Notes under the pieces: model-generated
Database searches by the model: none
Told to the model about the DNA's origin: nothing
Seen by the model: only the letters and a program-made list of their open reading frames with translations
Shown: positions 26,181-36,827 of the stretch, in pieces
Layout: each line of letters begins with the position of its first letter
How positions within the stretch are numbered: position 1 is the first letter of the stretch
Program-made: the position numbers and the translations under genes
Source of the DNA: an uncultured Candidatus Saccharibacteria bacterium
GTDB lineage: Bacteria > Patescibacteriota > Minisyncoccia > Phycocordibacterales > JACOZG01
Direction of reading: 5' to 3'
Length of the DNA stretch: 64,000 nt
Assembly (NCBI GenBank): GCA_964651115.1
Contig: CAZYXJ010000001.1
Coordinates: forward strand, 213,077 to 277,076

Positions 26181-26204
26181 AGTCTTTATCTTAGCACGAC
26201 GGGC

Positions 26205-27863
26205 TTAGTAATCCATCCCACCCATACCCGGATGAGCATGACCGCCGGCCGCGGCCGACTTCTCCTCCGGCTCATCAGTCACCGCCACCTCGGTGGTTAA
26301 GAGGATGGCCGCCGCACTGGCCGCGCGCTCGATGCCCGTGCGCGTCACCTTCACCGGATCAACGATGCCCGCCGCAAACATATCCGGCACAATCTCGTCA
26401 GCGTTAGCATCATAACCCTCATTGCCCTTGGCTGATTTGATCTTCTCCACAATCACTTCCCCATTATCTTTGCCCGCGTTAATGGCAATTTGTCGGAGCG
26501 GCGCCTCTAGCGCCTTAAGAACGATCTTAACGCCCGTAGCAAACTCGTCAGCAATATCGGGCGAGGTGGGCTTAAGCGTCTTACTACCAACCTTGGCTCC
26601 GGCCCGTACCAGGGCCGTGCCACCACCAGAGACAATACCCTCTTCGATGGCCGCCTTCGTCGCCTCGACGGCATCTTCGACTTTTAATTTTAAATACTTC
26701 ATCTCCGCTTCGGTCGAGGCGCCCACGCGGATCACGGCAACGCCACCCGACAACTTACCCAAGCGCTCCCGCAGCTTTTCCTTATCATAAGACGATTCGG
26801 TCGTCTCCAGCTGAGTCTTGATCTGGGCCACCCGCTCCTGGATGTCGGCCTTCTTGCCGGCCCCGCCCACGATCGTGGTGCCATCCTTAGTCGCCACCAC
26901 CTTGCGCGCTCGACCCAACTGCTTAAGCTCGACCGTTTCTAACTTCAAGCCCAAACTCTCCGAGATCAATTGACCGCCCGTCAGCGCGGCAATGTCCTCG
27001 AGCATCTCTTTGCGACGATCGCCATAACCCGGCGCCTTAATCGCGAGAGTGTGGAAGATTCCCCGGATCTTATTTAGCACCAGGGTAGGCAGCGCTTCGC
27101 CATCAACATCTTCCGCGATAATCACCAACTCTTTCTTACCGGTCTGGGCCAACTTTTCCAGCAGAGGCAAGATGTCTTTAATTGACGAGATCTTACGGTC
27201 GGTGATCAAAATTGACGCGTCATTATAGACGGCCTCCATCCGCTCCGAGTCAGTGATCATGTAGGGCGAAACGTAACCCTTATCAAACTGCATACCTTCC
27301 ACCAACTCACTCTCGACGCCAAAAGATTGAGACTCCTCCACCGTCACCACGCCGTCCTTGCCGACTTGCTCAATCGCCTCGGCAATAATGGCGCCAAACT
27401 CTTCGCTCTCCGCCGAGATGGCCGCTACTTGCCGGATCTCTTCGCTCGACTTAATCGGCTTAGCCAGTGATTTGAGCGCTTCCACTACTTCGCGCGCGGC
27501 GGCCTCAATCCCCAAGCGGACGCCCATGGCATTAGCGCCAAGCGTCGTCTTTTTAAAACCTTCTTCGATAATCGCCTGAGCCAAAACGACGGCCGTTGTC
27601 GTCCCATCACCGGCCATGTCGTTGGTCTTGCCGGCGACGTCTTTAATAATCTCCGCGCCCAAATTTTCGACGCGATTCTTGAGAGTAATTTCTTTCGCGA
27701 TCGAAACGCCGTCGTTAGTAATCGTCGGCGCGCCAAAACCTTTATCCAAAATGACGTTGCGACCCTTGGGGCCGATGGTAATTTTTACCGCGCTTGCGAC
27801 CGCGTCCACGCCCCGCTTAATCGCCTGCCGCGCCTCATCTCCGTACAGAATTTGTTTTGCCAT
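26205..27863 (-). CDS. groL: Chaperonin GroEL
   Basis: Full-length Cpn60 ([13 protein letters not shown], ...GGMGGMDY C-terminus). Confidence 0.96.
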   Translation of the reverse strand: MAKQILYGDEARQAIKRGVDAVASAVKITIGPKGRNVILDKGFGAPTITNDGVSIAKEITLKNRVENLGAEIIKDVAGKTNDMAGDGTTTAVVLAQAIIEEGFKKTTLGANAMGVRLGIEAAAREVVEALKSLAKPIKSSEEIRQVAAISAESEEFGAIIAEAIEQVGKDGVVTVEESQSFGVESELVEGMQFDKGYVSPYMITDSERMEAVYNDASILITDRKISSIKDILPLLEKLAQTGKKELVIIAEDVDGEALPTLVLNKIRGIFHTLAIKAPGYGDRRKEMLEDIAALTGGQLISESLGLKLETVELKQLGRARKVVATKDGTTIVGGAGKKADIQERVAQIKTQLETTESSYDKEKLRERLGKLSGGVAVIRVGASTEAEMKYLKLKVEDAVEATKAAIEEGIVSGGGTALVRAGAKVGSKTLKPTSPDIADEFATGVKIVLKALEAPLRQIAINAGKDNGEVIVEKIKSAKGNEGYDANADEIVPDMFAAGIVDPVKVTRTGIERAASAAAILLTTEVAVTDEPEEKSAAAGGHAHPGMGGMDY

Positions 27864-27884
27864 AGTGTCTTTTTAGTTAGTGGA

Positions 27885-28190
27885 TTATTCGATGACGGCC
27901 AAAATATTGGCTTCGCTAATAATGAAGTATTCCTTGCCCTCGACCTTAATCTCGTCCGGTCCATATTTAGAGAAGATGATCCGATCACCCTTCTTGACGC
28001 TCGGCGCGATCCGCGAACCATCTTCGGTGAGCCGACCAGGACCAACGGCCACCACCGTCCCTTGCTCGCCCCGCTCCTTAGACACCGTCTCCGGGATGAT
28101 GATCCCGCTTTTGGTCTGCTGTAATTCGGCTGCCGAAAGAGGCAGAACCAACACCCGATCACCCAATGGCTTAATGTTGATCTTGCTCAT
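27885..28190 (-). CDS. groS: Co-chaperonin GroES
   Basis: 101 aa. IKPLGDRVLV...GIIIPET...G.VVAVGPG pattern. Confidence 0.95.
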   Translation of the reverse strand: MSKINIKPLGDRVLVLPLSAAELQQTKSGIIIPETVSKERGEQGTVVAVGPGRLTEDGSRIAPSVKKGDRIIFSKYGPDEIKVEGKEYFIISEANILAVIE

Positions 28191-28223
28191 ATTATTTTTA
28201 GATTACCTAATAATGCGGCTTTC

Positions 28224-28251
28224 ATTATAATGGCCCTGGGCGCTTCGTCAA
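28224..28251 (-). promoter_or_regulatory. Candidate groES-groEL promoter
   Basis: Minus strand TTGACG (28246-28251), N16, TATAAT (28224-28229). No CIRCE inverted repeat seen. Confidence 0.4.
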
Positions 28252-28296
28252 ATCGAGTTGCATTCTTTGTCGACCATGTTATACTCCCGGGCATAG

Positions 28297-28527
28297 ATGG
28301 AAACTCTCATCAACATCCTCCCGTGGATTCACGCGGCGGTAGCCATTCTGTTGGTAGTCGTTATTTTGATCCAACGCAGTAGCGAGGGTCTTGGTAGCGC
28401 CTTCGGCGGATCCAGCACCGGCGGCGTCTTTCACACCAAGCGCGGTCTCGAGAAACATCTATTTATCCTGACGGTAATCCTCGCCATCGGTTTTGGTCTC
28501 ACTAGTCTAGCCCAACTTCTGTTTTAA
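28297..28527 (+). CDS. secG: Preprotein translocase subunit SecG
   Basis: 76 aa, two TM segments, and LIQRSSEGLGSAFGGSS, the typical SecG loop. Confidence 0.8.
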   Translation: METLINILPWIHAAVAILLVVVILIQRSSEGLGSAFGGSSTGGVFHTKRGLEKHLFILTVILAIGFGLTSLAQLLF

Positions 28528-28571
28528 ACGATTACCTTAAGATTTAGACTTAAAACTTTCGCCATCAATCA

Positions 28572-30302
28572 ATGGCCATCCCCTTCTTCTCTCATCTTTC
28601 AACCGAGCGGCAAAATGAGCTAGCCGCCGCCCTCCAAACTCTGCCTCCGGCGCGGCGGCGATTATTGGTTGGGCTCGGGGTGGTGCTCGTCGCCGCCGTC
28701 ATCGGACTTTTGTGGCAAATCAATAATCTGGTCTCGGTTGAGGTACCCAGCGCTGGCGGTTCGCTCCACGAAGGGATTGTGGGCACGCCGCGCTTCATTA
28801 ATCCTCTACTTGCCATCTCTGACGCCGACCGCGACCTAACCGCTCTAACTTATTCCGGACTAATGCGCGCCATGCCCGAGGGGGAACTAACTCCCGACCT
28901 CGCCGCTAGCCATCAGGTATCGGAAGATGGTTTAACTCATACTTTTATCTTGCGATCCGATCTCACCTGGCACGACGGCCAACCACTCACGGCCTCCGAC
29001 GTGGCCTTTACCATTGCCAAAGCCCAAGATCCGCTTCTGAAAAGTCCCCGCCGCCCCAACTGGGAAGGGGTGCGCGTAGAAGTCGTAAATGATCACGAAA
29101 TTAAGTTCCATCTTAAGGAGCGCTACCCCGCTTTCCTCGAAGTGGCGACAATGGGTATTCTGCCCCAACATCTCTGGTCTAACTTGGCCATCGATCAGTT
29201 TTCGTTTACCGACTTAAATAATTCCCCGGTCGGCTCTGGACCTTATCGCGTCACCAAAGTCACTCGCGACGACGACGGCATTCCGCGGGAGATGGAGCTT
29301 GCCGCCTTTAACAACTTTGCTCTGGGCCGACCTTATCTCCGACGGCTGATCATCACCTTTTATCCCACCGAAACCAGCTTGATTGAGGCCTATCAGCAAT
29401 CCGAGATCGAAAGTCTTAGCGCCATCTCGGCCTCGGCCGCCGCAGCCCTAGAAGAGGGTGGGGCGAATATTAAACATCTGCCCCTGCCGCGAGTTTTCGC
29501 CGTCTTCTTTAATCAAAACAAGTCTCAAGTCTTTACCCAAAAAGAGGTCCGCCTGGCGCTTTCGCAAGCCATTGATCGCCAAGCGTTAGTAGAAAAAATT
29601 CTACACGGTTACGGTCTACCGACGGCCGAACCTCTACCGACGGCTAACGCCAGCAGTACTCTCGTAGCTAGCAGTACCGACCCGCTAGCCCAAGCCCGCG
29701 CCACGCTCACCGCCGGCGGCTGGACTTGGAACGCCTCCTCAGAATCATGGAGCAAGAAAATCAAAAACGAGACGGTGCCACTGCGCTTTAATTTGGCGAC
29801 CGCCGAGACGCCTGAGTTGCGCGAGGCCGCCGAGTTCGTTAAGACCAGTTGGGAAAAGTTGGGCGTCACCGTCGACTTAAAAATTTACGAGCTCGGCGAT
29901 CTTAATCAAGACGTGATCCGACCACGCGAGTATGAAAGTTTGCTCTTTGGCCAAGTTTTGGGACGAGTGCCCGACCTAGCTTCGTTCTGGCATTCTTCCC
30001 AGCGACTTGATCCTGGACTAAACATCGCGCTGTACACCAACATCACCGTCGACAAATTGCTCGCCGAGATGCGCGCGACGCCGGACGAAGCGGAACGCGA
30101 AGAGCTTAATGCCCGCATCGCCAAAACGATTGCCGCGGACGTGCCGGCCGCCTTCTTGTACGCTCCGGACCTGGTGTATCTAGTGCCCGCGCGAATTAAA
30201 AATGTGTCTTTCCCCCAACCCAACACCGCGTCTGACCGCTTTGCCGCCATCCATACTTGGTATAGCGCTACCGATCGGATTTGGAAAATATTTAATCAGT
30301 AA
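28572..30302 (+). CDS. ABC transporter substrate-binding protein, family 5 (Opp/Dpp-like), membrane-anchored
   Basis: N-terminal TM anchor, then a peptide/nickel SBP_bac_5-like pattern (LTYSGLMR..., WHDGQPLTASDVAFT). No cognate permease is adjacent. Confidence 0.78.
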   Translation: MAIPFFSHLSTERQNELAAALQTLPPARRRLLVGLGVVLVAAVIGLLWQINNLVSVEVPSAGGSLHEGIVGTPRFINPLLAISDADRDLTALTYSGLMRAMPEGELTPDLAASHQVSEDGLTHTFILRSDLTWHDGQPLTASDVAFTIAKAQDPLLKSPRRPNWEGVRVEVVNDHEIKFHLKERYPAFLEVATMGILPQHLWSNLAIDQFSFTDLNNSPVGSGPYRVTKVTRDDDGIPREMELAAFNNFALGRPYLRRLIITFYPTETSLIEAYQQSEIESLSAISASAAAALEEGGANIKHLPLPRVFAVFFNQNKSQVFTQKEVRLALSQAIDRQALVEKILHGYGLPTAEPLPTANASSTLVASSTDPLAQARATLTAGGWTWNASSESWSKKIKNETVPLRFNLATAETPELREAAEFVKTSWEKLGVTVDLKIYELGDLNQDVIRPREYESLLFGQVLGRVPDLASFWHSSQRLDPGLNIALYTNITVDKLLAEMRATPDEAEREELNARIAKTIAADVPAAFLYAPDLVYLVPARIKNVSFPQPNTASDRFAAIHTWYSATDRIWKIFNQ

Positions 30303-30317
30303 ATTAATTTAATTCTT

Positions 30318-32096
30318 ATGTCTACTCGCAATCGTCCTCCCCGTTCTGGCCGCAATGGTCGCGGTCCCCGCGCCCCCGAGCGTTCGCGCGCTGGCACCGG
30401 CACGGTGCCAGCGCTCATCCCCGGCAACGTCCGCATCATCACCTTGGGCGGCGTTGAGGAGATTGGCAAAAACATGACGGCCATCGAATTCGGTAACGAC
30501 ATTGTCGTCATCGACGCCGGCCTCCAATTCCCTGACGAAAATCAGCCGGGCGTTGATTACATTATTCCCGACACCACCTATCTCGAAGAAAATAAGGGTC
30601 GCATCCGCGGCATGATCGTCACTCACGGTCACCTCGATCACATCGGCGGCATTCCTTTCATCATGCCCAAGCTTGGCAATCCGACGCTTTACACCCGCAA
30701 CCTAACGGCGATCATGATTAAAAAACGGCAAGAAGAATTTGCTCACTTGCCCAAGTTCCCGATCGAGATTATCGAAAACGATAGTCGCATCCGACTCGGC
30801 GATTTGTCGATCCGCTTCTTTGGCGTCACTCACACCATCCCCGACTCAATGGGTATTATCGTCGAGACGCCCTACGGCGGCATTGTTTGCCCTGGCGACT
30901 TTAAACTCGAACACGAAGGCGGCGTGCCCAGCGAGCGCGAACTTAATTCCTACAAAATCTTTGACGACTATCCCGTCCTGGCGCTGATGGCCGACTCAAC
31001 CAACGTCGAAAACCCCGGCTTTTCCGTTCCGGAAAAAGAAGTTCACAAGGGCTTGGAAGAAATTATCAAAAACGTTTCGGGCCGCCTGGTGATCGGACTC
31101 TTTGCTTCTCAACTCGAACGCATCATCAAGGTCATCGAGATTGCGGAAAAATATGGCCGCCACATCGTCGTTGAGGGCCGCAGCATGAAGACCAATATTG
31201 AAGTGGCTCAACTGGCCGGCATGCTTAAGCCCAAGAAAGACACGATTATTCCCGCTCAAGAATCTGGCTCTTACCCCGATAACAAAATTTTAGTCCTGGC
31301 GACCGGCGCCCAAGGCGAGGAGTTTGCGGCTTTAATGCGCATGGCCACGGGCACTCACAAGGCCTTTAAGTTTAAGGCGGGCGACACTGTCGTGCTCTCC
31401 TCCTCGATCATCCCAGGCAACGAACGCACGGTAGAAAAACTCAAAGACAATATCGCCCGCCAAGGCGCCCGAATCGTCCACTACCGCAGTTCGGAAGTCT
31501 ACATCCACTCATCCGGTCACGGCAATCGCGGCGAAATTGAGTGGCTCCACAAAAAACTCAAGCCTCGCTTCCTCATCCCCGTTCACGGCAATCATTACCG
31601 TCTCCGCCTGCACGGCGAACTAGGAGTAGAAAACGGCATTCCGGAAGAGAACGTGGTCATCCCTGACGACGGCATGGTGATCGACATCGTTGATGATGGT
31701 CAGAAGATCACGCCACTTAAGCAAACCGCCTCGAGCAAGCTCGTGATGGTGGACGGCCTCGGAACCAACAACATCCAAGAAGTCGTCATCCGCGACCGCC
31801 AGATGCTCGCCCAAGATGGGATGTTTGTGATCATCGCCATCATCGATGTCAAAACTGGCAAGGTTCGCAAATCGCCCGACATCATCTCCCGCGGCTTTAT
31901 CTATCTCAAAGAATCACAAGATCTGTTGCGCCACGTCCGCATGGTCACAAAAAAGAAAATCGAGGAGGCCACCGCCCAGATGCATCCGATCAACTTTGAT
32001 TACGTTAAGAACGTCGTCCGCGAAGAAGTGGGTCGCTTCCTCTTCCAAAAAACTCATAATCGTCCAGTTATCCTCCCCGTCCTGATTGAGGTGTAG
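30318..32096 (+). CDS. rnj: Ribonuclease J
   Basis: Metallo-beta-lactamase HGHLDHIGG, a beta-CASP region, and an RNase J C-terminal domain. Has a basic N-terminal extension. Confidence 0.9.
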   Translation: MSTRNRPPRSGRNGRGPRAPERSRAGTGTVPALIPGNVRIITLGGVEEIGKNMTAIEFGNDIVVIDAGLQFPDENQPGVDYIIPDTTYLEENKGRIRGMIVTHGHLDHIGGIPFIMPKLGNPTLYTRNLTAIMIKKRQEEFAHLPKFPIEIIENDSRIRLGDLSIRFFGVTHTIPDSMGIIVETPYGGIVCPGDFKLEHEGGVPSERELNSYKIFDDYPVLALMADSTNVENPGFSVPEKEVHKGLEEIIKNVSGRLVIGLFASQLERIIKVIEIAEKYGRHIVVEGRSMKTNIEVAQLAGMLKPKKDTIIPAQESGSYPDNKILVLATGAQGEEFAALMRMATGTHKAFKFKAGDTVVLSSSIIPGNERTVEKLKDNIARQGARIVHYRSSEVYIHSSGHGNRGEIEWLHKKLKPRFLIPVHGNHYRLRLHGELGVENGIPEENVVIPDDGMVIDIVDDGQKITPLKQTASSKLVMVDGLGTNNIQEVVIRDRQMLAQDGMFVIIAIIDVKTGKVRKSPDIISRGFIYLKESQDLLRHVRMVTKKKIEEATAQMHPINFDYVKNVVREEVGRFLFQKTHNRPVILPVLIEV

Positions 32097-32119
32097 AGTA
32101 AGTGTAATATAATGAAAGG

Positions 32120-33301
32120 GTGACCTTAACACCCGCCACTAAACGACGTTTACGCTACGCGATTTATTTAGGTGGATTTTTTCTCAATGCCAGCTCGGCT
32201 CTGACGGCCTACATCAACTCCTCGTTCTTAAATCAATTCGCTCCAGAAAAATTTGTGGGGATCTTTTATGTGGTCGCCTCGCTCGTCAGTTTAATTGGCG
32301 CCATCGCGCTTACCGAGCTAGCCCACCGCCACGGACCAAGAAAAATTCTAGCCGGGCTAAGTGCCGTGGTAGCGGGGCTACTCTTGACTCTCACTCTCAC
32401 CAGCTCCGCCCTCATCTCAATTTTGGCGCTCTTGGCGTATCTGGTGACCTCCTATCTCTTGGCTATTACCCTCGACATCCAACTTGAGCAACTCTCAACC
32501 CATGCCATTACTGGACGGATCAGAGGTCTCTTTCTAACTCTCGTTAATCTGGCCTGGCTACTCTCGCCACTCTTAGCCACCTACCTAGTCGGCAAAAACG
32601 GTTTTAGCAGTGTCTATCTAATCTCTTTTGCCGCCCTGCTCCCCTTGCTCATTTGGGCCACTACCGCGACCAAAACAAAAAATCCCCGTCACGAGCGCTT
32701 TACCTTACTTAAAACTCTGCGCCGGATCAGCTTTGGCAAAACCGCCAAAGCCAGCGCTCTGCGTCGCATCCTAGTAGTGGATCTGGCACTTAACTTTTTC
32801 TACGCCACAATGGTGATCTATACTCCAATCTTTCTCAACCGCGTCCTCGGCTTTGACTGGCTGACCATCGGCAAAATTTTCACCATCATGCTCCTCCCCT
32901 TTGTCCTGATCGATTTCGTCCTGGGCCAAATTGCCGATACTACACTCGGAGAAAAAGAATTGTTGCTTATTGGTCTAGGAGTCGCGGGCGTCAGCACTGG
33001 CAGTCTCGCCTTCTTAACCACCAATTCTGCGTTTGTGTGGGCCGTCATGCTCTTTGCCACTCGAGTCGGAGCAGCCACGATTGAAATGATGAAGGAATCT
33101 TATCTCTTTAAACAAATTGACGGCGGCGACATTAACACCATCTTTCTCTCACGCGCCACCTACCCGCTGGCTTACATTATTGCTCCGGTCCTCGCCACCG
33201 CCGCTCTCTTGGTGATGCCACTTCAAAATCTTTACTTTGGTCTGGGACTAGTCCTGCTCGCAATGATCCCCGTCGCCAGCAAACTTAAGGATACGCGCTA
33301 A
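32120..33301 (+). CDS. MFS transporter
   Basis: About 12 hydrophobic helices. GTG start preceded by AAAGG. Confidence 0.78.
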   Translation: MTLTPATKRRLRYAIYLGGFFLNASSALTAYINSSFLNQFAPEKFVGIFYVVASLVSLIGAIALTELAHRHGPRKILAGLSAVVAGLLLTLTLTSSALISILALLAYLVTSYLLAITLDIQLEQLSTHAITGRIRGLFLTLVNLAWLLSPLLATYLVGKNGFSSVYLISFAALLPLLIWATTATKTKNPRHERFTLLKTLRRISFGKTAKASALRRILVVDLALNFFYATMVIYTPIFLNRVLGFDWLTIGKIFTIMLLPFVLIDFVLGQIADTTLGEKELLLIGLGVAGVSTGSLAFLTTNSAFVWAVMLFATRVGAATIEMMKESYLFKQIDGGDINTIFLSRATYPLAYIIAPVLATAALLVMPLQNLYFGLGLVLLAMIPVASKLKDTR

Positions 33302-33307
33302 TTTTTA

Positions 33308-33342
33308 CAAAAAGAAAACCCCGCCGTTAGCTACGCGCGGGG
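33308..33342 (-). terminator. Strong rho-independent terminator oriented for the minus strand
   Basis: Minus strand CCCCGCGCG-TAGCTAA-CGGCGGGG followed by TTTTCTTTTTG. Confidence 0.65.
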
Positions 33343-33753
33343 ACCTCAATTGAGGATTTCTGCGGGCCTTAACATATAAATGAGCAACGATATCCAGACC
33401 CAACGTTCTCGTCGCCCAGAGAGATTCGATTCTCGATTTGACTCACTCCTCGACTGATTCTGGTTATAATCTCTCAAATTACCCAGATAAGCCGAAGAGT
33501 AAAGATTGATTGAAATGAACTAATCCTTTTTAATGAACTGGCGCGGACAATCAACCAAACTCCACGACAGGCATCGATTCAACGATCCTCGCGCTCCTCT
33601 CTCGCTAGCTACTAATCGATCACAATCTCACTAGCGAGACTACAGGAGAAGATAACTACCGACGCGATTTGTCAGACTTACTTGGGACTAAGCCCTTCCG
33701 ATACGATGCAAGCAGTTCCGCTGACCTGAGGAACCTGCACCCCATTTCAACCT
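33343..33753 (-). ncRNA. Candidate unclassified ncRNA (~410-445 nt including terminator)
   Basis: No ORF of 60 aa or more in any frame across 33302-33821. Bounded by a near-consensus promoter and a terminator. Contains internal perfect stems, e.g. CTCGCTAG...CTAGCGAG (33601-33638) and CCTCAATTGAGG. Confidence 0.3.
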
Positions 33754-33759
33754 GCCACC

Positions 33760-33787
33760 ATCATAGCACATACAAAAATCCTGTCAA
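33760..33787 (-). promoter_or_regulatory. Near-consensus sigma70-type promoter inside the ORF-free region
   Basis: Minus strand TTGACA (33782-33787), N16, TATGAT (33760-33765). Confidence 0.45.
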
Positions 33788-33829
33788 GTATTTTTAGTAC
33801 TTTAACAATAAAACGGCCAAGTTGAGCCA

Positions 33830-36793
33830 TTATTTCATCATTCGGCTGAGGCGGCAGCCCAAACAATCCTTTTCACCACAGCCCCGCTTAACAAATTCGC
33901 CCGACACGATCTCCCCCGTCACCCGATCAAGCAGGTCACGGACCGTCGCCTCATCGGCAGGCGGAATTTCGAAAGCTTCGCGCTTAAATTTTCCACTCTC
34001 ACTCGGCTCCACAAAATCCACCATCGCGCTAGCCACCTTAAAGCGTCCGCGCTCGCACTCTTCGATCAAAATTTTATAGAACACCAACTGACGATAAATA
34101 TCTCCCGTCGAATTTTTGGTCGTACCTAAAATTTCGTTACGACTCTTGGGCGACATTGTTTTATAGTCCACGATCTGTACCGTCTCGGGACTCAGAAATT
34201 CGATCTTATCGATCTTGCCCACCAATTTGAGATCGGGCGTGAGATGACAACCCGGAACTTTATACTCGTTAAGAATCGATCGCGGCCAGCCGCCGACTGG
34301 CGAAGTAGACCAAGTTTGAAACCAGCCAGCCAGCGCTTCTCTACCCCGCACCTGCGCCGCCGCCAAATCTCTTTCCGAAAAAGCTTCATGCTGAACCAGA
34401 CGCTCAAAACTGGCCAACAACGATTCGACGGTCACCTCACCGCCCTCACGATAACGATTAAAAAAAACTTCGAGCGTCCCGTGGATCGCCGTACCATACA
34501 TGGTATGACGATTGCGGATCTGGATCACCCGCAACAAATTAGTAAATAAATAATCAAGCGGGCAGCGCAAATAATTATTTAACCCCGTCGCCGAGAGACC
34601 CTGCTCGCGAAAGCGGCCCGCCAAATAAGCCGGATCAAAAATTGACGCCCCCTGATATTGCCGCGGTGTAAAAATCAAATTGCACTCGGGACGCACCTGG
34701 CTCTCCCACTCCGCCATCGGCTCAAACACCAAGCGCTCCGGATCCAACTCCTCAATAAACTGGCTCGGCAAAAGTGGCCGCCCATCCGATCCCTCAGATG
34801 AGTAACTGAGCGCGACAGCCAAACGCGCGCGAGTGAGCGCCACGTAAAAAAGGCGGCGCTCATCCTCCACCGGATCGGCGGCCGTTGGCACGCCCGCGCG
34901 CGTCGGGATCTTAAAGTATTGCGGCGAACGACGACTCCCCCAACCATTATCCGAAACCCCGATCACGTAGACGTAATCAAACTCCAAACCCTTGGACTTG
35001 TGCGCCGTCATCAACTCCACACCGCTTTGGCCTGCCTCCTGACGAGTCTTGATCCCGCGATGATGCGTCGCCAAACGATTAAGAAATTGAATAAAGTCCG
35101 CCAACCTAAAATTATGATTACTCCGCGAGAGCGCCACCCCCTCGTCGTAGAGCGCGTGTAATTTGCTCAACACCTCCTGGGCTTCGGGCAAACCCAAAAC
35201 ATGCTCCAAATAACCCGACTCCCGCACCACCACCGCGTACAAATCCAAAAAACTCTGATTGGCGGCCAAGCGGGCCCAGCGCTCCAACTTCTGCGACCAA
35301 GATTTTAATTTTTTCTTACGGCTGGTCCGCAAGCGCTGCCAGAGCGAACCGCCGGTCGCCTCCTCCCGCAGGGCATAAATTTCTAGAATATCCACTGCCA
35401 CAAAATCGAGATGCAAAAACTCCAGCAACAAGCGATCATCACCAAAACCATTAATCGCTCGCAAGAGAACAATTAATTTTTGCACCTCAATATCTTCTAA
35501 AATATTAGAGTCGGAACGGACCACGAAAGGGACTCCCGCCCGCTCAAAATAATCAATGATCGGTAGCGAGTCGCCATTAGTGCGATAAAGCACGGCCAAC
35601 TGCTCCGGCGGCACACCGGCGGCCAGCTTTGACTTAACCTCTTCTACTAGGTACAACAATTCGTGAGCGGGTTTAGTAAAGGATCTAACTTTAATCGGCA
35701 GGGACGCTCGCTCGGAGCGCGCCACCAGGGGCGACAAACTCTCAGCCGGCAAAGCCTGACTCTTGCTGATCACACTCTGGGCCGCATCCAAAATAAGCTG
35801 GGTCGAACGATAATTATCCGTTAACGTAATTAGCGTCGCTTGAGGAAAAAGTTTTTTAAAATAATTAAAATTATCCAGCGAGGCGCCTTGAAATTGGAAG
35901 ATGGCCTGCTTCTCATCGCCGACAATAAACAAGTTGGGCTGATCGTGGAAACTAGACAGCAGTTCCAACAAACGATTTTGTGACTGATTGGCATCCTGGT
36001 GCTCGTCAGCCAGCACATATTGATATTCTTCTTGAATCTGCAGACGGAAGTCGCTGTCTTCGCCAAGAGCGCGATTAACCTCTAGCAACATATCGCCAAA
36101 ATCGTAGAGACGACGGGTGGCCAACTTGGTTTCGTAAGCCGTGTAAAGTCGGACTAGCTCCTCAGCTTTGGTAATATTGGTCCGCAAAACTTGATACTTA
36201 CCCTTAATCTGGCCCGCGTAGGCCCCTTTCTCGTGACGCAAATCCGGCACGCTCTCGAGCGCCTTCTGCTCGAGCTCAACAATCGCGCGCAGGTCGTCGG
36301 GGCTGACATTTTCGCGCTTGAGTCGATCAATTTCTTGCTGGACCGGAAAGAGATAGTGGAATTGGTCGCCATAGGGTCGGAGGAGCGAGAGATCGCTCTC
36401 CAAAATTGCCTCCTCCAAAATCTGAATCTGATCAATCGGTAAAGCATTGATCGCTCCCACAATACGTGGGAATTTTTCGGGATAACGTCTAATCAACTCG
36501 TTAGCAAAACTATGGAAGGTGTGAATGGGGATCCGGTAGGCGCGACTGCCCACCAACGACACCAGTCGCCGGCGCATCGCGTGGGCGCCGGCATTAGTAA
36601 AAGTTAGCGCCAAGATCGCGTCGGCGGGCGTGTCGGTCTGACGCAAAATGTTGGCGATCCGCAGAGTTAACACTTGAGTCTTGCCCGTGCCAGGACCAGC
36701 CACCACCATCACCGGACCCTCAATCAGATCAACGGCCCGACGTTGAGCGGGATTAAGACGTTGATAGTGTTGCTCAAATTGATCCACCGACAT
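33830..36793 (-). CDS. UvrD/PcrA-type ATP-dependent DNA helicase fused to a C-terminal PD-(D/E)XK nuclease domain
   Basis: Walker A AGPGTGKT, DEHQD, SF1 motifs. C-terminal VDYKT... nuclease-like region with a Cys cluster (CGEKDCLGC). Confidence 0.85.
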   Translation of the reverse strand: MSVDQFEQHYQRLNPAQRRAVDLIEGPVMVVAGPGTGKTQVLTLRIANILRQTDTPADAILALTFTNAGAHAMRRRLVSLVGSRAYRIPIHTFHSFANELIRRYPEKFPRIVGAINALPIDQIQILEEAILESDLSLLRPYGDQFHYLFPVQQEIDRLKRENVSPDDLRAIVELEQKALESVPDLRHEKGAYAGQIKGKYQVLRTNITKAEELVRLYTAYETKLATRRLYDFGDMLLEVNRALGEDSDFRLQIQEEYQYVLADEHQDANQSQNRLLELLSSFHDQPNLFIVGDEKQAIFQFQGASLDNFNYFKKLFPQATLITLTDNYRSTQLILDAAQSVISKSQALPAESLSPLVARSERASLPIKVRSFTKPAHELLYLVEEVKSKLAAGVPPEQLAVLYRTNGDSLPIIDYFERAGVPFVVRSDSNILEDIEVQKLIVLLRAINGFGDDRLLLEFLHLDFVAVDILEIYALREEATGGSLWQRLRTSRKKKLKSWSQKLERWARLAANQSFLDLYAVVVRESGYLEHVLGLPEAQEVLSKLHALYDEGVALSRSNHNFRLADFIQFLNRLATHHRGIKTRQEAGQSGVELMTAHKSKGLEFDYVYVIGVSDNGWGSRRSPQYFKIPTRAGVPTAADPVEDERRLFYVALTRARLAVALSYSSEGSDGRPLLPSQFIEELDPERLVFEPMAEWESQVRPECNLIFTPRQYQGASIFDPAYLAGRFREQGLSATGLNNYLRCPLDYLFTNLLRVIQIRNRHTMYGTAIHGTLEVFFNRYREGGEVTVESLLASFERLVQHEAFSERDLAAAQVRGREALAGWFQTWSTSPVGGWPRSILNEYKVPGCHLTPDLKLVGKIDKIEFLSPETVQIVDYKTMSPKSRNEILGTTKNSTGDIYRQLVFYKILIEECERGRFKVASAMVDFVEPSESGKFKREAFEIPPADEATVRDLLDRVTGEIVSGEFVKRGCGEKDCLGCRLSRMMK

Positions 36794-36827
36794 TGCCCGG
36801 ATTATACCATTTGCTATAGTCTAAGAT

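Noticed and set aside
28191-28296. CIRCE/HrcA operator upstream of groES
   Set aside because: I looked for TTAGCACTC-N9-GAGTGCTAA and found none. Only ordinary -35/-10 boxes for the divergent groES and secG promoters are present.
33308-33753. Identity of the ORF-free region as RNase P RNA, tmRNA or SRP RNA
   Set aside because: There is no GGAAAGUCC P4 strand, no T-arm GGUUCGAxUCC or ...CCACCA 3' end, no tag-peptide ORF and no SRP domain IV motif. The only resemblance is a CGGCUUAUC 9-mer in the wrong position (~190 nt from the 3' end).
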